NCBI GenBank assembly: GCA_043803765.1
Contig: JAZDJQ010000018.1
Location: 95,795 to 159,794 of the forward strand
Length of the DNA stretch: 64,000 bases
Reading direction: 5' to 3'
Source: Candidatus Iainarchaeum sp.
GTDB lineage: Archaea > Iainarchaeota > Iainarchaeia > Iainarchaeales > VGJJ01
The stretch's first letter is position 1, and every line of letters begins with the position of its first letter. Both the position numbers and the translations under genes were made by a program. A model generated the notes under the pieces. That model saw only the letters and a list, made by a program, of their open reading frames with translations, was not told the origin of the DNA and made no database searches. This document shows, in pieces, positions 18,761 through 29,666 of this stretch.

Positions 18761-19975
18761 ATGGAACCCTTTAAGCGCATCACATTCATTTTTGCCGCAT
18801 ACGCTTTTTGTGTTGTACTCGCGGATCCCATTTTTGGTATTTATTTAACAGGAAAAGGATACGACCCCGCATGGCTGTCCATCATCCTCTCATCGTTTTC
18901 ATTAACCATGATCGCGGCAGCCCCGCTCATCGGAGGAATATCCGACAATTGGGGACGCAGACCACTTGTATTGTTTGGAATTGGAGCAGAAATCATTGCA
19001 CTCTTAACGTATGCGATGTTCACCCACCCGCTCATCATCTTTTTAGCACGAGTATTAGAAGCATGCGCCTATGCAAGCGTTATCTTTGTGGCCATTGCTA
19101 AAATGGAAGACATAGTGGCCGAAAGAAAAGAAACAAAATTAGGAGAAAAAATAGGAAAAAGTCTTTCCATTGGAAAAATAGGATTTGTACTCGGACCAGT
19201 AGTAGGAGCATTCATTGCAACAAAATGGGGACTAACAGCCCCTTTCTATGTTGGTGCAGGATTGCTCGTGATGTTAGGAATATGGTACCTTTTTGAGAAA
19301 CATCACATTCATCCCAAACCACCACTCGAAAAATTAGAATTCAATCTTATTCCACGCTTCCGCGAATACTTAAAAAATCCCCCACTCAGGGGATTGGCAT
19401 TCGTAGAAGTAGCCCACCAAACCAGCATGCCCGTATTGTTCGTATTCTTTCCCCTCTTTTTAGTGCAGGATTTAGGATTATCAATCGAATTAGTAGGAAT
19501 AGCCATTTTAGTAAGAGAAATACCCATGCTACTCCAGTTCTGGACGGGAAAAATAACCGATTCGTGGGGATCACGCAAAAGTATTCTTATTGGAAGCAGC
19601 TTGGCAGGAATCGCCATGATCGGATTATCGCAAGCGCACACATTCGATGCAGTATTAGTCGCATCTTTCCTATTTGGAGCAGGAACCAGTTTGCTTGGAA
19701 TCAGCAGCCTATCACTCATCTCGGGCATCGCAGAAAAAACAAAACAAGAAGGAACATTTCTAGGGACACAAGTGGGAATCAGCAAGGGAGGAGCATTCGT
19801 TTCCTATATTTTAATAGGAGTCCTCGTAGAAATAACCAGTATTCCAACCGCCCTCCTCACCATAGGAGCAATCATCCTATTAGGGGTCATTATTGGAGAA
19901 AACGATTTAGGATACAAGACTTTCCCACTACCCTCACCCAAACGCCTCGTGAGCGGGCTATTCCATCACCGATAA
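18761..19975 (+). CDS. MFS transporter
   Basis: About 12 TM segments; motif A twice (GGISDNWGRR, GKITDSWGSR). Confidence 0.92.
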   Translation: MEPFKRITFIFAAYAFCVVLADPIFGIYLTGKGYDPAWLSIILSSFSLTMIAAAPLIGGISDNWGRRPLVLFGIGAEIIALLTYAMFTHPLIIFLARVLEACAYASVIFVAIAKMEDIVAERKETKLGEKIGKSLSIGKIGFVLGPVVGAFIATKWGLTAPFYVGAGLLVMLGIWYLFEKHHIHPKPPLEKLEFNLIPRFREYLKNPPLRGLAFVEVAHQTSMPVLFVFFPLFLVQDLGLSIELVGIAILVREIPMLLQFWTGKITDSWGSRKSILIGSSLAGIAMIGLSQAHTFDAVLVASFLFGAGTSLLGISSLSLISGIAEKTKQEGTFLGTQVGISKGGAFVSYILIGVLVEITSIPTALLTIGAIILLGVIIGENDLGYKTFPLPSPKRLVSGLFHHR

Positions 19976-20015
19976 AATATAGGCTTTAAAGGGCATTCAA
20001 CCCCCAATCCAGAGT

Positions 20016-21983
20016 ATGAGTGGAACTGAAAAACCATCTGCCCACCATGAAGTCACATGCGGATTAGAAGTACACCAGCAATTAGACACGGGAAAATTAT
20101 TCTCACGATGCCCCACCGTTATGCATGAAAAAGCACCGGATTTCACATTCAAAAGAAAACTACACGCAGTAGCAAGCGAATTAGGAAAAATGGACATCGC
20201 GGCAATAGAAGCCGCAGGAAAAGGAAACACCTACATCTACCAAGGAAACTATGACAATACCAGTCTCGTAGAAATGGATGAGGAACCCCCTTCTTCTATG
20301 GATGACGACGCATTACGCGTGGCAATCGAAGTAGCTCTTTGCTGCCACGCAACCATTGTAGATGATGTTCTAGTCATGCGAAAAAATGTAGTGGATGGAA
20401 GCAACACATCCGGGTTTCAACGGACAACACAACTCGCAATAGGAGGAGAATTAATCATCGCCAATGGAAAAAAAATCAGACTCCAAGGAGTAGCAATTGA
20501 AGAAGACTCGGCACGACCCATGGAACGAAAAGGAAGCGAAGTCACATATCGATTAGACCGACTTGGATTCCCACTCATTGAACTTGCCACGCAACCGGAC
20601 ATTCATACACCCGAGGAAGCAAAACTCACCGCACTCAAAATGGGAGAAGTCATGCGCATCACCGGAAAAGTAAAAAGAGGACTAGGAACAATACGACAAG
20701 ACATTAACATTTCCATTCCGGGAGGAGCTAGAGTAGAATTGAAAGGAGTACAGGAATTAGAACTAATTGATGAATACGTACGAAGAGAAATGAACCGGCA
20801 AAAAAAACTACTCACACTCAAGGAGATGCTCAGCCAAGAAGGACTAACCAAAGAAATGATTGAAAGCCAAAGCGGAGTAGATATAACGCCTATTCTAAAA
20901 AATAACCAAGCAAAAATGATACGAAACGCATTGGAAAAAAAACACGCGATTCACGCGGTAAGACTACCCCACATGAAAGAAAAATTGAGAATAGAAGTCC
21001 AACCAAATAGGCGCGTTGGGAGTGAAATCTCATCCTACGTAAAAGTCAAAACAGGACTCATGGGGCTATTACACGGAGACGAATTACCCGGATATGGAAT
21101 AACACAAGAAGAAGCACAACACATTTACGAGAACATACACGCGAAACAAGAAGATAGTTTTGCTATCGTCATGGGATCGCTCAACCAAGTGGAACACGCC
21201 ATTCATGTAATAAAAGAACGCACTGCACACCTACTGGAAGGAATACCCGAAGAAACAAGGAATGCAATTGAAGGAGGAAATTCGGAATACTCACGACCAC
21301 TACCCGGAGCGTCACGAATGTATCCTGAAACCGACATCAAGCCTATCCATATTGAAGAAGAATGGATAGAAGAAATACGAAAAAATCTGCCAATGTGGGG
21401 AGAAGAGAGAAAAAAATACTACACACAAAAAGGATTATCCGAAAAACTAGCGGAAGAAATGATGCTCGACAACAAAGCACGATTCTTTGAACACTTATTG
21501 AAAGAAGGATACGATCCTACAACCTGCGCAACGCTGCTGCTCTCCACGCTCAACACGATACGAAGAGAAAACCCATTCGTGGATTGCCTCACGAATCAAC
21601 AATTGGAAAACCTCCTCGAGAACGAAAGAAAAAAACTAATCATGCGGGAACATTTTCCTACTATTCTACGTGAATGGGTACAGCGCCCAGAAGAATCACT
21701 AAGCGAAATCATGACACATGTTAAAGTGGAAACCGCCCAGGAAGGAGAAGTAGAACGCATCATCAAACAAATAGTAGACAAAAACGAACACTTAGTATTA
21801 ATCAAAGGAAAGAATGCCCAATCTGCACTAATGGGAATAGCCATGCAAGCATTAAGAGGAAAAGCACAAGGATATTTCATTGCACAAGCGTTAGAAAAAG
21901 AACTCGAAAAACGCACGGAAAAAAATAACACTTTTCATGGAGAAAACTTTTCCCACAACGATACAAATTCTTTTTCAAACTGA
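20016..21983 (+). CDS. gatE: Glu-tRNA(Gln) amidotransferase subunit E
   Basis: GLEVHQQL, DGSNTSGFQRT, RGLGTIRQD, RPLPGASRMYPETD. Confidence 0.96.
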   Translation: MSGTEKPSAHHEVTCGLEVHQQLDTGKLFSRCPTVMHEKAPDFTFKRKLHAVASELGKMDIAAIEAAGKGNTYIYQGNYDNTSLVEMDEEPPSSMDDDALRVAIEVALCCHATIVDDVLVMRKNVVDGSNTSGFQRTTQLAIGGELIIANGKKIRLQGVAIEEDSARPMERKGSEVTYRLDRLGFPLIELATQPDIHTPEEAKLTALKMGEVMRITGKVKRGLGTIRQDINISIPGGARVELKGVQELELIDEYVRREMNRQKKLLTLKEMLSQEGLTKEMIESQSGVDITPILKNNQAKMIRNALEKKHAIHAVRLPHMKEKLRIEVQPNRRVGSEISSYVKVKTGLMGLLHGDELPGYGITQEEAQHIYENIHAKQEDSFAIVMGSLNQVEHAIHVIKERTAHLLEGIPEETRNAIEGGNSEYSRPLPGASRMYPETDIKPIHIEEEWIEEIRKNLPMWGEERKKYYTQKGLSEKLAEEMMLDNKARFFEHLLKEGYDPTTCATLLLSTLNTIRRENPFVDCLTNQQLENLLENERKKLIMREHFPTILREWVQRPEESLSEIMTHVKVETAQEGEVERIIKQIVDKNEHLVLIKGKNAQSALMGIAMQALRGKAQGYFIAQALEKELEKRTEKNNTFHGENFSHNDTNSFSN

Positions 21984-22495
21984 GAGTTTAACTCATTTGA
22001 ATGAATCACGAGAACATTCTCATTATTCCCGCTCACCCCATTTCCCGTCCAATTCATACTGCCCGTAATAACCCCATCATTATCCACCACGGCAAACTTA
22101 TGATGCATTAAATTAGGATTCGTATCAATACGAACCGGAATACCTTTCTCTGCCAGTTCATCATGCAAAGAAAATTGACTACCCGCCTGTTGCTTTTCCA
22201 CAATCACCCGAACGTCTAATCCTCTTTTGTGGGCAGCCATTACCGCATCAGCCAAATTTTGATTCGTAAAAGAATACATGGCAATCCACACACGAGAATG
22301 GGCATTATTAAGAAATTGAATAGGAATAGACTCGCAACTGAGAGAAGGACAGAACGCAGACTGAATACCCGAAAAGGAAACAGAAGAAGAAGGAGCCGAT
22401 ACAAGCCCGGTTAAAGGAAGCCACTGGGGAAAAAACAATCCCACCATAAACGATAGCAAAAGCAACCCAAAAAGGAACTTAATAGAAAAATTCAT
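21935..22495 (-). CDS. Exported phospholipase D-family (Nuc-like) nuclease
   Basis: Signal/anchor helix; single HxK(x4)D (MHHKFAVVD), GSMNWT, NNEN. Confidence 0.88.
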   Translation of the reverse strand: MNFSIKFLFGLLLLSFMVGLFFPQWLPLTGLVSAPSSSVSFSGIQSAFCPSLSCESIPIQFLNNAHSRVWIAMYSFTNQNLADAVMAAHKRGLDVRVIVEKQQAGSQFSLHDELAEKGIPVRIDTNPNLMHHKFAVVDNDGVITGSMNWTGNGVSGNNENVLVIHSNELNSQFEKEFVSLWEKFSP

Positions 22496-22564
22496 TATCC
22501 GAAAAAGGGCTGGGGGGAATTAAAAGCCTATTTAAGGAAAAGTTCCCTATTAACCACACGGAAA

Positions 22565-22637
22565 AGCCCCGTCGTCTAGTGGTCAAGGATATCGGACTTT
22601 GAATCCGAGGACCGGCGTTCGAATCGCCGCGGGGCTA
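22565..22637 (+). tRNA. tRNA-Gln (TTG)
   Basis: AGCCCCG/CGGGGCT (A1-U72, archaeal Gln), TCGGA-CTTTGAA-TCCGA, CGGCG-TTCGAAT-CGCCG. Confidence 0.96.
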
Positions 22638-22711
22638 CTTTCTCACCGGCCTACGGCGGGTGAAAAACACCCGCCTCAGTAGTCCATTAGCGCCGGCTGA
22701 TAATGCGGCCG

Positions 22712-22741
22712 GTTCGGTATCGCTACGAGGCTACTTTCTCA
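22712..22741 (+). repeat. Degenerate displaced copy of the tRNA-Gln 3' end plus flank
   Basis: GGCTACTTTCTCA exact at 22633-22645 and 22729-22741; similarity extends back to GTTCG (~25/30). Confidence 0.75.
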
Positions 22742-22859
22742 TGGGTGGGCAAAACGCCCCTATATTAATCCTCCCTTTCAAGATTGGTAAATACCCATGC
22801 ATTCGATATCTTACACACACCAAGGTATCCATTCTAACATGGAAGAAAACTACCACCCG

Positions 22860-24239
22860 ATGAACACCATCTCTTTTTCTCCATTCGTAAAAAAAGCAGT
22901 CGACGAATTGGGATATATTCAATGGACCCCTATTCAAGAAAAATCGATTCCCATCATTCTTGAAGGAAAAGACATCATTGGGCAATCTCACACTGGAAGC
23001 GGGAAAACGGCCGCATTCGGACTACCTATCATTGAACGCATTCAACCCAATGGACGCGTGCAAGTGCTTATTCTCGTTCCCACCCGTGAATTAGCCGAAC
23101 AAGTCATGCAACAAATGAGAAAATTTTCCAAATACAAACGAGTGAGCATTACATCCGTATATGGAGGAGTAGGATTAGGAGCCCAAATCCAACACCTGCG
23201 AAAAACCGATATTGTAGTAGGAACCCCGGGACGAATACTTGACCATTTATCACGCGGAACATTCAACCCTGAAACAGTAAATGTACTTGTCTTAGACGAA
23301 GCGGACAGAATGCTGGACATGGGATTCATTCGGGATATGAAAAAAATAATGAGCCAACTACCAAAAAAAAGACAAACCATGCTGTTCTCTGCCACCATCA
23401 CAACCGAAGTACAACATATCGCACAACAATTCATGCAACACCCACACATTGTCAAAGCAGAGGAATTCACAGACAAACCAAAATTAGAACAAACATTCTA
23501 TGATTTAGGAAGAAAAGGAGACCAAAAATTCGGATTACTACTCCACATACTCAAAACAGAAAAACCAGCCCATGCTATTATTTTCGCCGGAACAAGAAGA
23601 ATGGTGGACAAAGTAGAACGAAACCTCAACAAACAAAACATTCACGCACAAGCCATTCACGGAGGTTTGTCACAAAACCAACGCAAACGGACGATTGATG
23701 AATTTCACCGAGGAACATTTCATGTGCTGGTTGCGAGCGATATTGCCGCAAGGGGACTCGACATACAGGATGTATCCCATATTATTCATTATAACATTGC
23801 CCGCACGCCAAACGAATACATTCACCGCTCAGGAAGAACAGGAAGAGCAGGAAAAAAAGGAAAAATAATCTCCATTGTAACACCGCCTGACAATGCCTTT
23901 TTCAGGGCAATTTTCAGGGACACAACGCACAACTTGAAAGAGTTGCCCTTGCCCGAATTTGAGAATATTCCATTTGGCAATGCAAAAGGAAACAGGAGAG
24001 AAGAAAATTATTCTCCTCATACAACATATGGACAACAAGGAAGAGGACAACGATTTTTCCCACGAAAAAGAGAAATAGAAGGAAAACCATTCTGGAGAGA
24101 AAAACAAGGGAAAAAAATAGGAAACAAACCCAATTGGAAAGGGAAAAAAACCTTTGCCAAAAAAAATTACACACAACGAGAGGAAATCAAGATAATAAAA
24201 CATTTTGGGTTACAGCACGCACCAAAAGACGATAGATAA
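22860..24239 (+). CDS. DEAD-box RNA helicase
   Basis: Q motif, GSGKT, PTRELA, DEAD, SAT, HRSGRTGR; basic C-terminal tail. Confidence 0.95.
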   Translation: MNTISFSPFVKKAVDELGYIQWTPIQEKSIPIILEGKDIIGQSHTGSGKTAAFGLPIIERIQPNGRVQVLILVPTRELAEQVMQQMRKFSKYKRVSITSVYGGVGLGAQIQHLRKTDIVVGTPGRILDHLSRGTFNPETVNVLVLDEADRMLDMGFIRDMKKIMSQLPKKRQTMLFSATITTEVQHIAQQFMQHPHIVKAEEFTDKPKLEQTFYDLGRKGDQKFGLLLHILKTEKPAHAIIFAGTRRMVDKVERNLNKQNIHAQAIHGGLSQNQRKRTIDEFHRGTFHVLVASDIAARGLDIQDVSHIIHYNIARTPNEYIHRSGRTGRAGKKGKIISIVTPPDNAFFRAIFRDTTHNLKELPLPEFENIPFGNAKGNRREENYSPHTTYGQQGRGQRFFPRKREIEGKPFWREKQGKKIGNKPNWKGKKTFAKKNYTQREEIKIIKHFGLQHAPKDDR

Positions 24240-24253
24240 GGTTGAGTGAAATC

Positions 24254-25761
24254 ATGCATCAACTAGAAAACTTTTTGCAAAAAGCCCGAACGATCGCCGT
24301 TGTCTGCAACCAGTGGGGGGATACGGGAAAAGGAAAACTCGTCGACATGCTCGCCGAAAATTGGGCCGACATTATCGCACGCGGAACGGGAGGAGCAAAT
24401 GCAGGACACACTGTAGTAAACCAAGGAAACGAATACATTTTCCACCTGATTCCATCCGGAATTCTCCACGATCAAAAAGGGAAAATAAACATTTTAGGAG
24501 AAGGAATGGTCATTGACCCTCACATTCTGATTGAGGAAATAGAAAAACTAGAGAACATGGGATTCACCTGCACACATCTACGCATCTCCCACAACGCCAA
24601 ATTAGTAATGCCACACCACATCCTGCTCGACCGAATAAAAGAATCAAAAAAAAAGAAGAAAAAATAGGGACCACCGGCAGAGGAATAGGTCCTGCATATG
24701 AAGACCATATTGGAAGAAGAGGAATAACCGCAAACGACCTAAACAACACGACTATTTTTAATCAAAAAATAACCCAAGCCTGCACACAGGCAAAAAATCA
24801 ATTGAAGGCAATGGAAGCAGAAAAAGAAACGATTGAAACAATCATGAAAAGCCCCGCGCTCCAAAAAGGACGATTTTGGGATGAGGAAAAAATATTCAAT
24901 ATAGAAGAAATCATCCAAACGTATACTCAAGAGTATGGAAAAAAACTCAAACCATTCATCTCAGATACTGAAACATTCATGCGCCAAAACGTGGGAAGAA
25001 AAAATATCCTATTAGAAGGAGCACAAGGGCTACTGCTAAGCGTCGACTATGGAACACGGCCCTATGTCACATCCTCCGATCCATCCATCCGAGGACTCGC
25101 CAAGGGAGTGGGGTTGTTAGAAAGCAATGTGGATTTGACAATTGGAATAGCCAAAGCCTACATGACACGAGTTGGAAAAGGACCATTCCCAACTGAAATG
25201 GGAGGAAAACAATCCGAAATACATTGCGATAATCATGCCAACAACCGAGAATACGAAAAAGCCCAATTCACCGAGGCCAACATCAACCATTCCAACCCCC
25301 TTCTCCAAGGAATTGGATTTAGGATTGCAGGAGGAGAATACGGAGCCACCACCAAACGCCCTAGAAGGACAGGATGGCTCGATTTGGTCGCACTCAAATA
25401 CGCCATGCAAGTAAATGGAAAGGCCCTCTTTCTAACCAAAGTAGACGTATTAGACGCATGTACTGAAATCAAACTCTGCAACCAATACCGATACACGGGA
25501 CCAGATTATTTCTTTGGAGGAAAAACATTCCACGAAGGAGATATCATAAACTCATTCCCAAATGACAGCACCATCCTCGCAAATGTGGAACCGCAATATC
25601 AAACACTCAAAGGATGGAAAAAAGACACATCCAAAATACACCTCGAAAATGAACGACCAACCGAAATGAACGAAATGATTCATATCATCGAAAAAGAAAC
25701 AGGCGGAAAAGTCATTGGCCTGTCAAACGGTGCGGAGAGAGAAAAGATATTGTTCTTCTAA
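24254..25761 (+). CDS. purA: Adenylosuccinate synthetase, interrupted by a -1 frameshift at ~24646-24664
   Basis: QWGDTGKGK and GANAGHT in frame 1; KIGTTGRGIGPAY, EGAQG, GATTKRPRR and TKVDVL in the -1 frame. Confidence 0.92.
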
Positions 25762-25823
25762 CCCGAACCGATTTGGGGCAAGATTGGGAATGGTTTATAA
25801 CCCAAAACCACGCTCTCATTGAA

Positions 25824-27575
25824 ATGAAAACCATTCCAACGTGGAACCTTTCTACCTTATTCAAAACAGAAAAAGAGTTACACCAATTAGTAAAAAAAAT
25901 CGAAGAAAGAGCAAATCGTTTTACGCACTATCGAAAACAACTCGAAAAACCTTCCCGCATGCTGATAAACACCATCATGGAAGAAAAAGAAAAAATTCAC
26001 GAAGAAATGAACAAAGTTGGAGCGTACGCTCACTTACAATTCTCCCAAAATACACAAGACGAAAAAGCCAAAACACTCGAATCACAAATAGGAAAAACGT
26101 TCACACGTATAGGAAACAAGATGCTTTTTTTTGACTTATGGTGGAAAAAACAGGATGAAAAAAAAGCACGCTCATTACTCCCGCAAAATAAAGAATACAC
26201 ATTTATCCTAACCGAATCACGAAAGCACGCAAAATACGCACTAAGCGAAAAAGAAGAACAATTAGCCAACATCAAAGATGATACAGGAGAGGAAGCACTA
26301 TTGAAAGTGTATAACATCCTCACAAACGCCTACACATTCCCATGGAAAAGCGAAGGAAAAACGACTCTTATTTCAGAGGAAGAATTGAAAAAGTATTTCA
26401 AGTCACCAAACCCAAAAGAACGAGAGGAAGCGTATGATTTGTTATGGGAAAAAAGCAAGAAAGAAAGCCCCGTGTTAGGAGAAATATACCGGAACTTGGT
26501 ATTGGATTACTGGAATGAAGGAATCCACCTGCGAAAATACAAAAGCCCCGTCACCATCCGGAACATGGGAAATGACTTACGTGATGAAATAGTAGATACC
26601 TTTCTTGACGTGTGCGAAAAAAACACAGAAATATTCCAGGATTATTTTGAATGGAAAATGAAAAAAATACGCGTTCCATTATCCCGATACCATGTGTATG
26701 CCCCACTTCCCCACCCCAGAGGAAAGTGGACGTTTGAAGAAGGATATGAAACCGTGATGCAGGCATACGAAGAATTTTCCCCCCGATTCAAAGAAGAAGC
26801 CCATCGCGTACTGAAAGAAAAAAGAATGGACGCACAACTTAGAAAAGGAAAAAGAGGAGGGGCATTCTGCATGGGCATTATTCCGGGAGAAACAAGTTTT
26901 GTTCTCCTGAATTGGATGGGAAACTACCACGACCTCTCCACGCTAGCACACGAATTAGGACACGCAACGCATAACCATTTGGCGGGAAAACACTCTATTT
27001 TTACCCATCACGCAGGGCTGCCTCTTGCGGAAACCGCCTCCACTTTTAGTGAAATGCTATTGAATGAAAAAATACTGCGCGAAAGCAAGGATGCACAACT
27101 TAAACAATACATTTTAGCTCACCAAATCGATGACGCATATGCCTCCATTCAAAGACAATCGTATTTTTGCTTATTTGAAAAAGAAGCATTCAACCTTATC
27201 CAAGAAGGAAAAACAATGGATGACGTTCACCATGCCTATTCTTCCAATCTCCGAAAACAATTTGGAAAAAAAATGCACATTCCAAAAGATGCAATGTATG
27301 AATGGCTAAACATCCCCCATTTATTCGAACAGCCATTTTATGTGTATGCATACGCGTTCGGACAATTACTCGTGTATGCGTTCTACCAACAATATGAGAA
27401 GGAAGGAAACGAATTCGTTAAACGCTATGAAAAATTCCTAACGTATGGAGGGAGCGAGCATCCTGAAAAGATGCTAATAGAGATGGGATTCGACCCAGCC
27501 AAAAAAAGAAGCTGGACAAACGGGTTCGATTTCCTTGAAAAAAAACTACAGCACCTCAAAAAAATGGAAGAATGA
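25824..27575 (+). CDS. pepF: Oligoendopeptidase F (M3B)
   Basis: KRGGAFC, HELGH, AETAS, PFYVYAY. Confidence 0.92.
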   Translation: MKTIPTWNLSTLFKTEKELHQLVKKIEERANRFTHYRKQLEKPSRMLINTIMEEKEKIHEEMNKVGAYAHLQFSQNTQDEKAKTLESQIGKTFTRIGNKMLFFDLWWKKQDEKKARSLLPQNKEYTFILTESRKHAKYALSEKEEQLANIKDDTGEEALLKVYNILTNAYTFPWKSEGKTTLISEEELKKYFKSPNPKEREEAYDLLWEKSKKESPVLGEIYRNLVLDYWNEGIHLRKYKSPVTIRNMGNDLRDEIVDTFLDVCEKNTEIFQDYFEWKMKKIRVPLSRYHVYAPLPHPRGKWTFEEGYETVMQAYEEFSPRFKEEAHRVLKEKRMDAQLRKGKRGGAFCMGIIPGETSFVLLNWMGNYHDLSTLAHELGHATHNHLAGKHSIFTHHAGLPLAETASTFSEMLLNEKILRESKDAQLKQYILAHQIDDAYASIQRQSYFCLFEKEAFNLIQEGKTMDDVHHAYSSNLRKQFGKKMHIPKDAMYEWLNIPHLFEQPFYVYAYAFGQLLVYAFYQQYEKEGNEFVKRYEKFLTYGGSEHPEKMLIEMGFDPAKKRSWTNGFDFLEKKLQHLKKMEE

Positions 27576-27585
27576 AAAAAATAAC

Positions 27586-28206
27586 TTATCGCTTGCGAAG
27601 AACATAGAAAAGAAACTTTTCGTGTCCGGGAAAAGAGGATTCCTTAAAATGAATCACATCAAAAAAAGGAGAAACCGCTCTTCTTACTTCCTCATCCGTA
27701 AAAAGACTAAACCACCGTTTCACATCAGGAGAATCAACTTTCCACCCCTCTCCTTGACCCCCAAACAAGCCCAAACCCACCACACCATTGGGTTTAAGCA
27801 TGCGATGAATTTTTTCCAAAATAATGGGTATCCTAACTTTTCGCAGATGCAAAATAGACGCATACGCCCACACCCCATCCACGGTAGAATCGGGCATCGA
27901 AAATTTTTCCATATCGATTAAGTGAGTTTTGAACCCCTTCTCTTTACAATAGGTCAACATGCCCTCCGAATAATCAACGCACACCACGTCATAGCCCTTA
28001 TCCCGAAAATAGCCCGCATGCACTCCAGGGCCGCTTCCCAAATCCACAATACATTTCCCATGCAATTCCCTCAAGAAAAATTGGATATTGAATCGGACGA
28101 ACGTGTCCAAATCCTTTTCATATTGCTCCTTTTTCTTCAAAGCTAATTTATCATAGGCAGCACGCGTCTCCTCTTTATAGGATTCTAATTCACTGGAAAA
28201 AGGCAT
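27586..28206 (-). CDS. Class I SAM-dependent methyltransferase
   Basis: VDLGSGPG, DGVWAYASILH. Confidence 0.9.
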   Translation of the reverse strand: MPFSSELESYKEETRAAYDKLALKKKEQYEKDLDTFVRFNIQFFLRELHGKCIVDLGSGPGVHAGYFRDKGYDVVCVDYSEGMLTYCKEKGFKTHLIDMEKFSMPDSTVDGVWAYASILHLRKVRIPIILEKIHRMLKPNGVVGLGLFGGQGEGWKVDSPDVKRWFSLFTDEEVRRAVSPFFDVIHFKESSFPGHEKFLFYVLRKR

Positions 28207-28241
28207 AATGTATAATAAATCAGGGTGGTTTTTATTCCTAC

Positions 28242-28622
28242 ATGGAACCACCCAAGGAAATCAAGCATATTGTGCACCAGCTTTCCATCCTTCCTGGGAT
28301 TACACGATGGTATGTGTTAAACGATAATGAGAAAAAATACATTATGAATAACGAAGACGTGAACAATGAGGGAGTAAAGGAATCCGTGAAACGCCAATAC
28401 TGCATATGCCTTATTCACGATTCCGCGTGGAGAGAGCCCACGCAAACCATCGTAAAAAAAGAAAACGGGGAAATTATTTTTCCGCCGGTTGTCTTCCCCG
28501 AGGTTCCGGCAAAAAATGTCGTATCTTCCTCACCCGGAATTGCCATTCATACATGGTTAGCCCAAAAGGTACGCATCGAAAAAGAAGAAGCCACATTGCT
28601 CATCGGATTCAATTTGGTTTGA
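28242..28622 (+). CDS. Hypothetical protein
   Basis: 126-aa ATG ORF; no motif recognised. Confidence 0.65.
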   Translation: MEPPKEIKHIVHQLSILPGITRWYVLNDNEKKYIMNNEDVNNEGVKESVKRQYCICLIHDSAWREPTQTIVKKENGEIIFPPVVFPEVPAKNVVSSSPGIAIHTWLAQKVRIEKEEATLLIGFNLV

Positions 28623-28756
28623 AAAACAAACAATGTTCCACAATAGTGGAAGTCACATTCCACGATTGTCGCTCGTTCACGTAAAAAAATAGTCATGTTT
28701 ATAACGATTTTAGTTTTGGTTCAATCTATCTCTATTATTTTGGAGGAGAAAAAACC

Positions 28757-28975
28757 ATGACTGAAATGTACAAATGCAATGCCTGCGGATACACCCAAGA
28801 AATGCCGGGTGAACACTGCGGAGCACCCATGGTGAAAGTGGAGATGCCACAAGAAGAAGCACCCGCCCAACCTACACCTGTAGAAGAAACACCAACAATA
28901 GAAACCGACACAGCCTCTCCTGATACCGCCAACATGGAATCATCCGAGAACGAAACGAATAAACCCGCACAATAA
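28757..28975 (+). CDS. Small metal-binding (desulforedoxin/Zn-ribbon-like) protein with acidic Pro-rich tail
   Basis: YKCNACG...HCGAPM; GGAGG Shine-Dalgarno upstream. Confidence 0.7.
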   Translation: MTEMYKCNACGYTQEMPGEHCGAPMVKVEMPQEEAPAQPTPVEETPTIETDTASPDTANMESSENETNKPAQ

Positions 28976-28987
28976 ATAATGGAAAAA

Positions 28988-29024
28988 CCCGGCCCGCATG
29001 AGCCGGGAAACCCTTTTTCTCTTT
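28988..29024. terminator. Putative terminator between convergent genes
   Basis: CCCGGC-N8-GCCGGG hairpin with flanking A- and T-rich tracts. Confidence 0.4.
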
Positions 29025-29027
29025 ATT

Positions 29028-29663
29028 TCAGAAATTACGATACGCAGGAGAATGGAATGGCTTCACACGAAACAAGAAAGCGTGATAATTTTTTCCATCC
29101 GGAAGCGTTTTGGAAGAATAATGCAACTCATCAAAATGCTTCCCCATCATCAATCGAACATCCTCTAACGTGTAATAGGCAACCCACTGCTTGAACCCTT
29201 CACGAGGAGTATCCTCGTATCCTTCACCTTGTCCATCCGGAAGAGTGAGGAATAATATTCCATTCCCCATAAGAAGACGAGAAAAATGCTGAATAACCGC
29301 AAATGCTTTTTCTTTTGGCATATGATGAAGTGCCGTATTACCCCAAATACCATGAAATGAATGAGGATACAGAATAGGATGTTCAATATCCATACGCTTC
29401 GCATTCAATCCTTTCTCATGGCAACGTTGAATGAAAACATCCGACAAATCAATCCCCATTCCGTCTAACCCTTGATTGCGAAATGCTTCCAAAAAAACAC
29501 CCGGACCACACCCCACATCTAAAATGCGCGGTCCTTGAAGAGATGAAACAAATCGTTCCACATCGTCCTGTGCAAACTTTTCAAGGATTTCATGAAGATA
29601 TGACTCATACTCTTTAGCTTGCGACTCAAACGTGATAACCGTTTCTTTCTTGAAGGCTTCCAT
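29028..29663 (-). CDS. Class I SAM-dependent methyltransferase (paralog of 27586..28206)
   Basis: LDVGCGPG, HGIWGNTALHH, GQGEG shared with the paralog. Confidence 0.9.
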   Translation of the reverse strand: MEAFKKETVITFESQAKEYESYLHEILEKFAQDDVERFVSSLQGPRILDVGCGPGVFLEAFRNQGLDGMGIDLSDVFIQRCHEKGLNAKRMDIEHPILYPHSFHGIWGNTALHHMPKEKAFAVIQHFSRLLMGNGILFLTLPDGQGEGYEDTPREGFKQWVAYYTLEDVRLMMGKHFDELHYSSKTLPDGKNYHAFLFRVKPFHSPAYRNF

Positions 29664-29666
29664 CCA

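Noticed and set aside
21935-21983. 49-bp convergent overlap of gatE and the PLD nuclease gene
   Set aside because: Short tail-to-tail overlaps are common in compact genomes and occur elsewhere here (46393-46414).
22673-22733. Second functional tRNA (Ile-like loop CTGATAA)
   Set aside because: No proper D or T arms and too short; reported only as a structured remnant.
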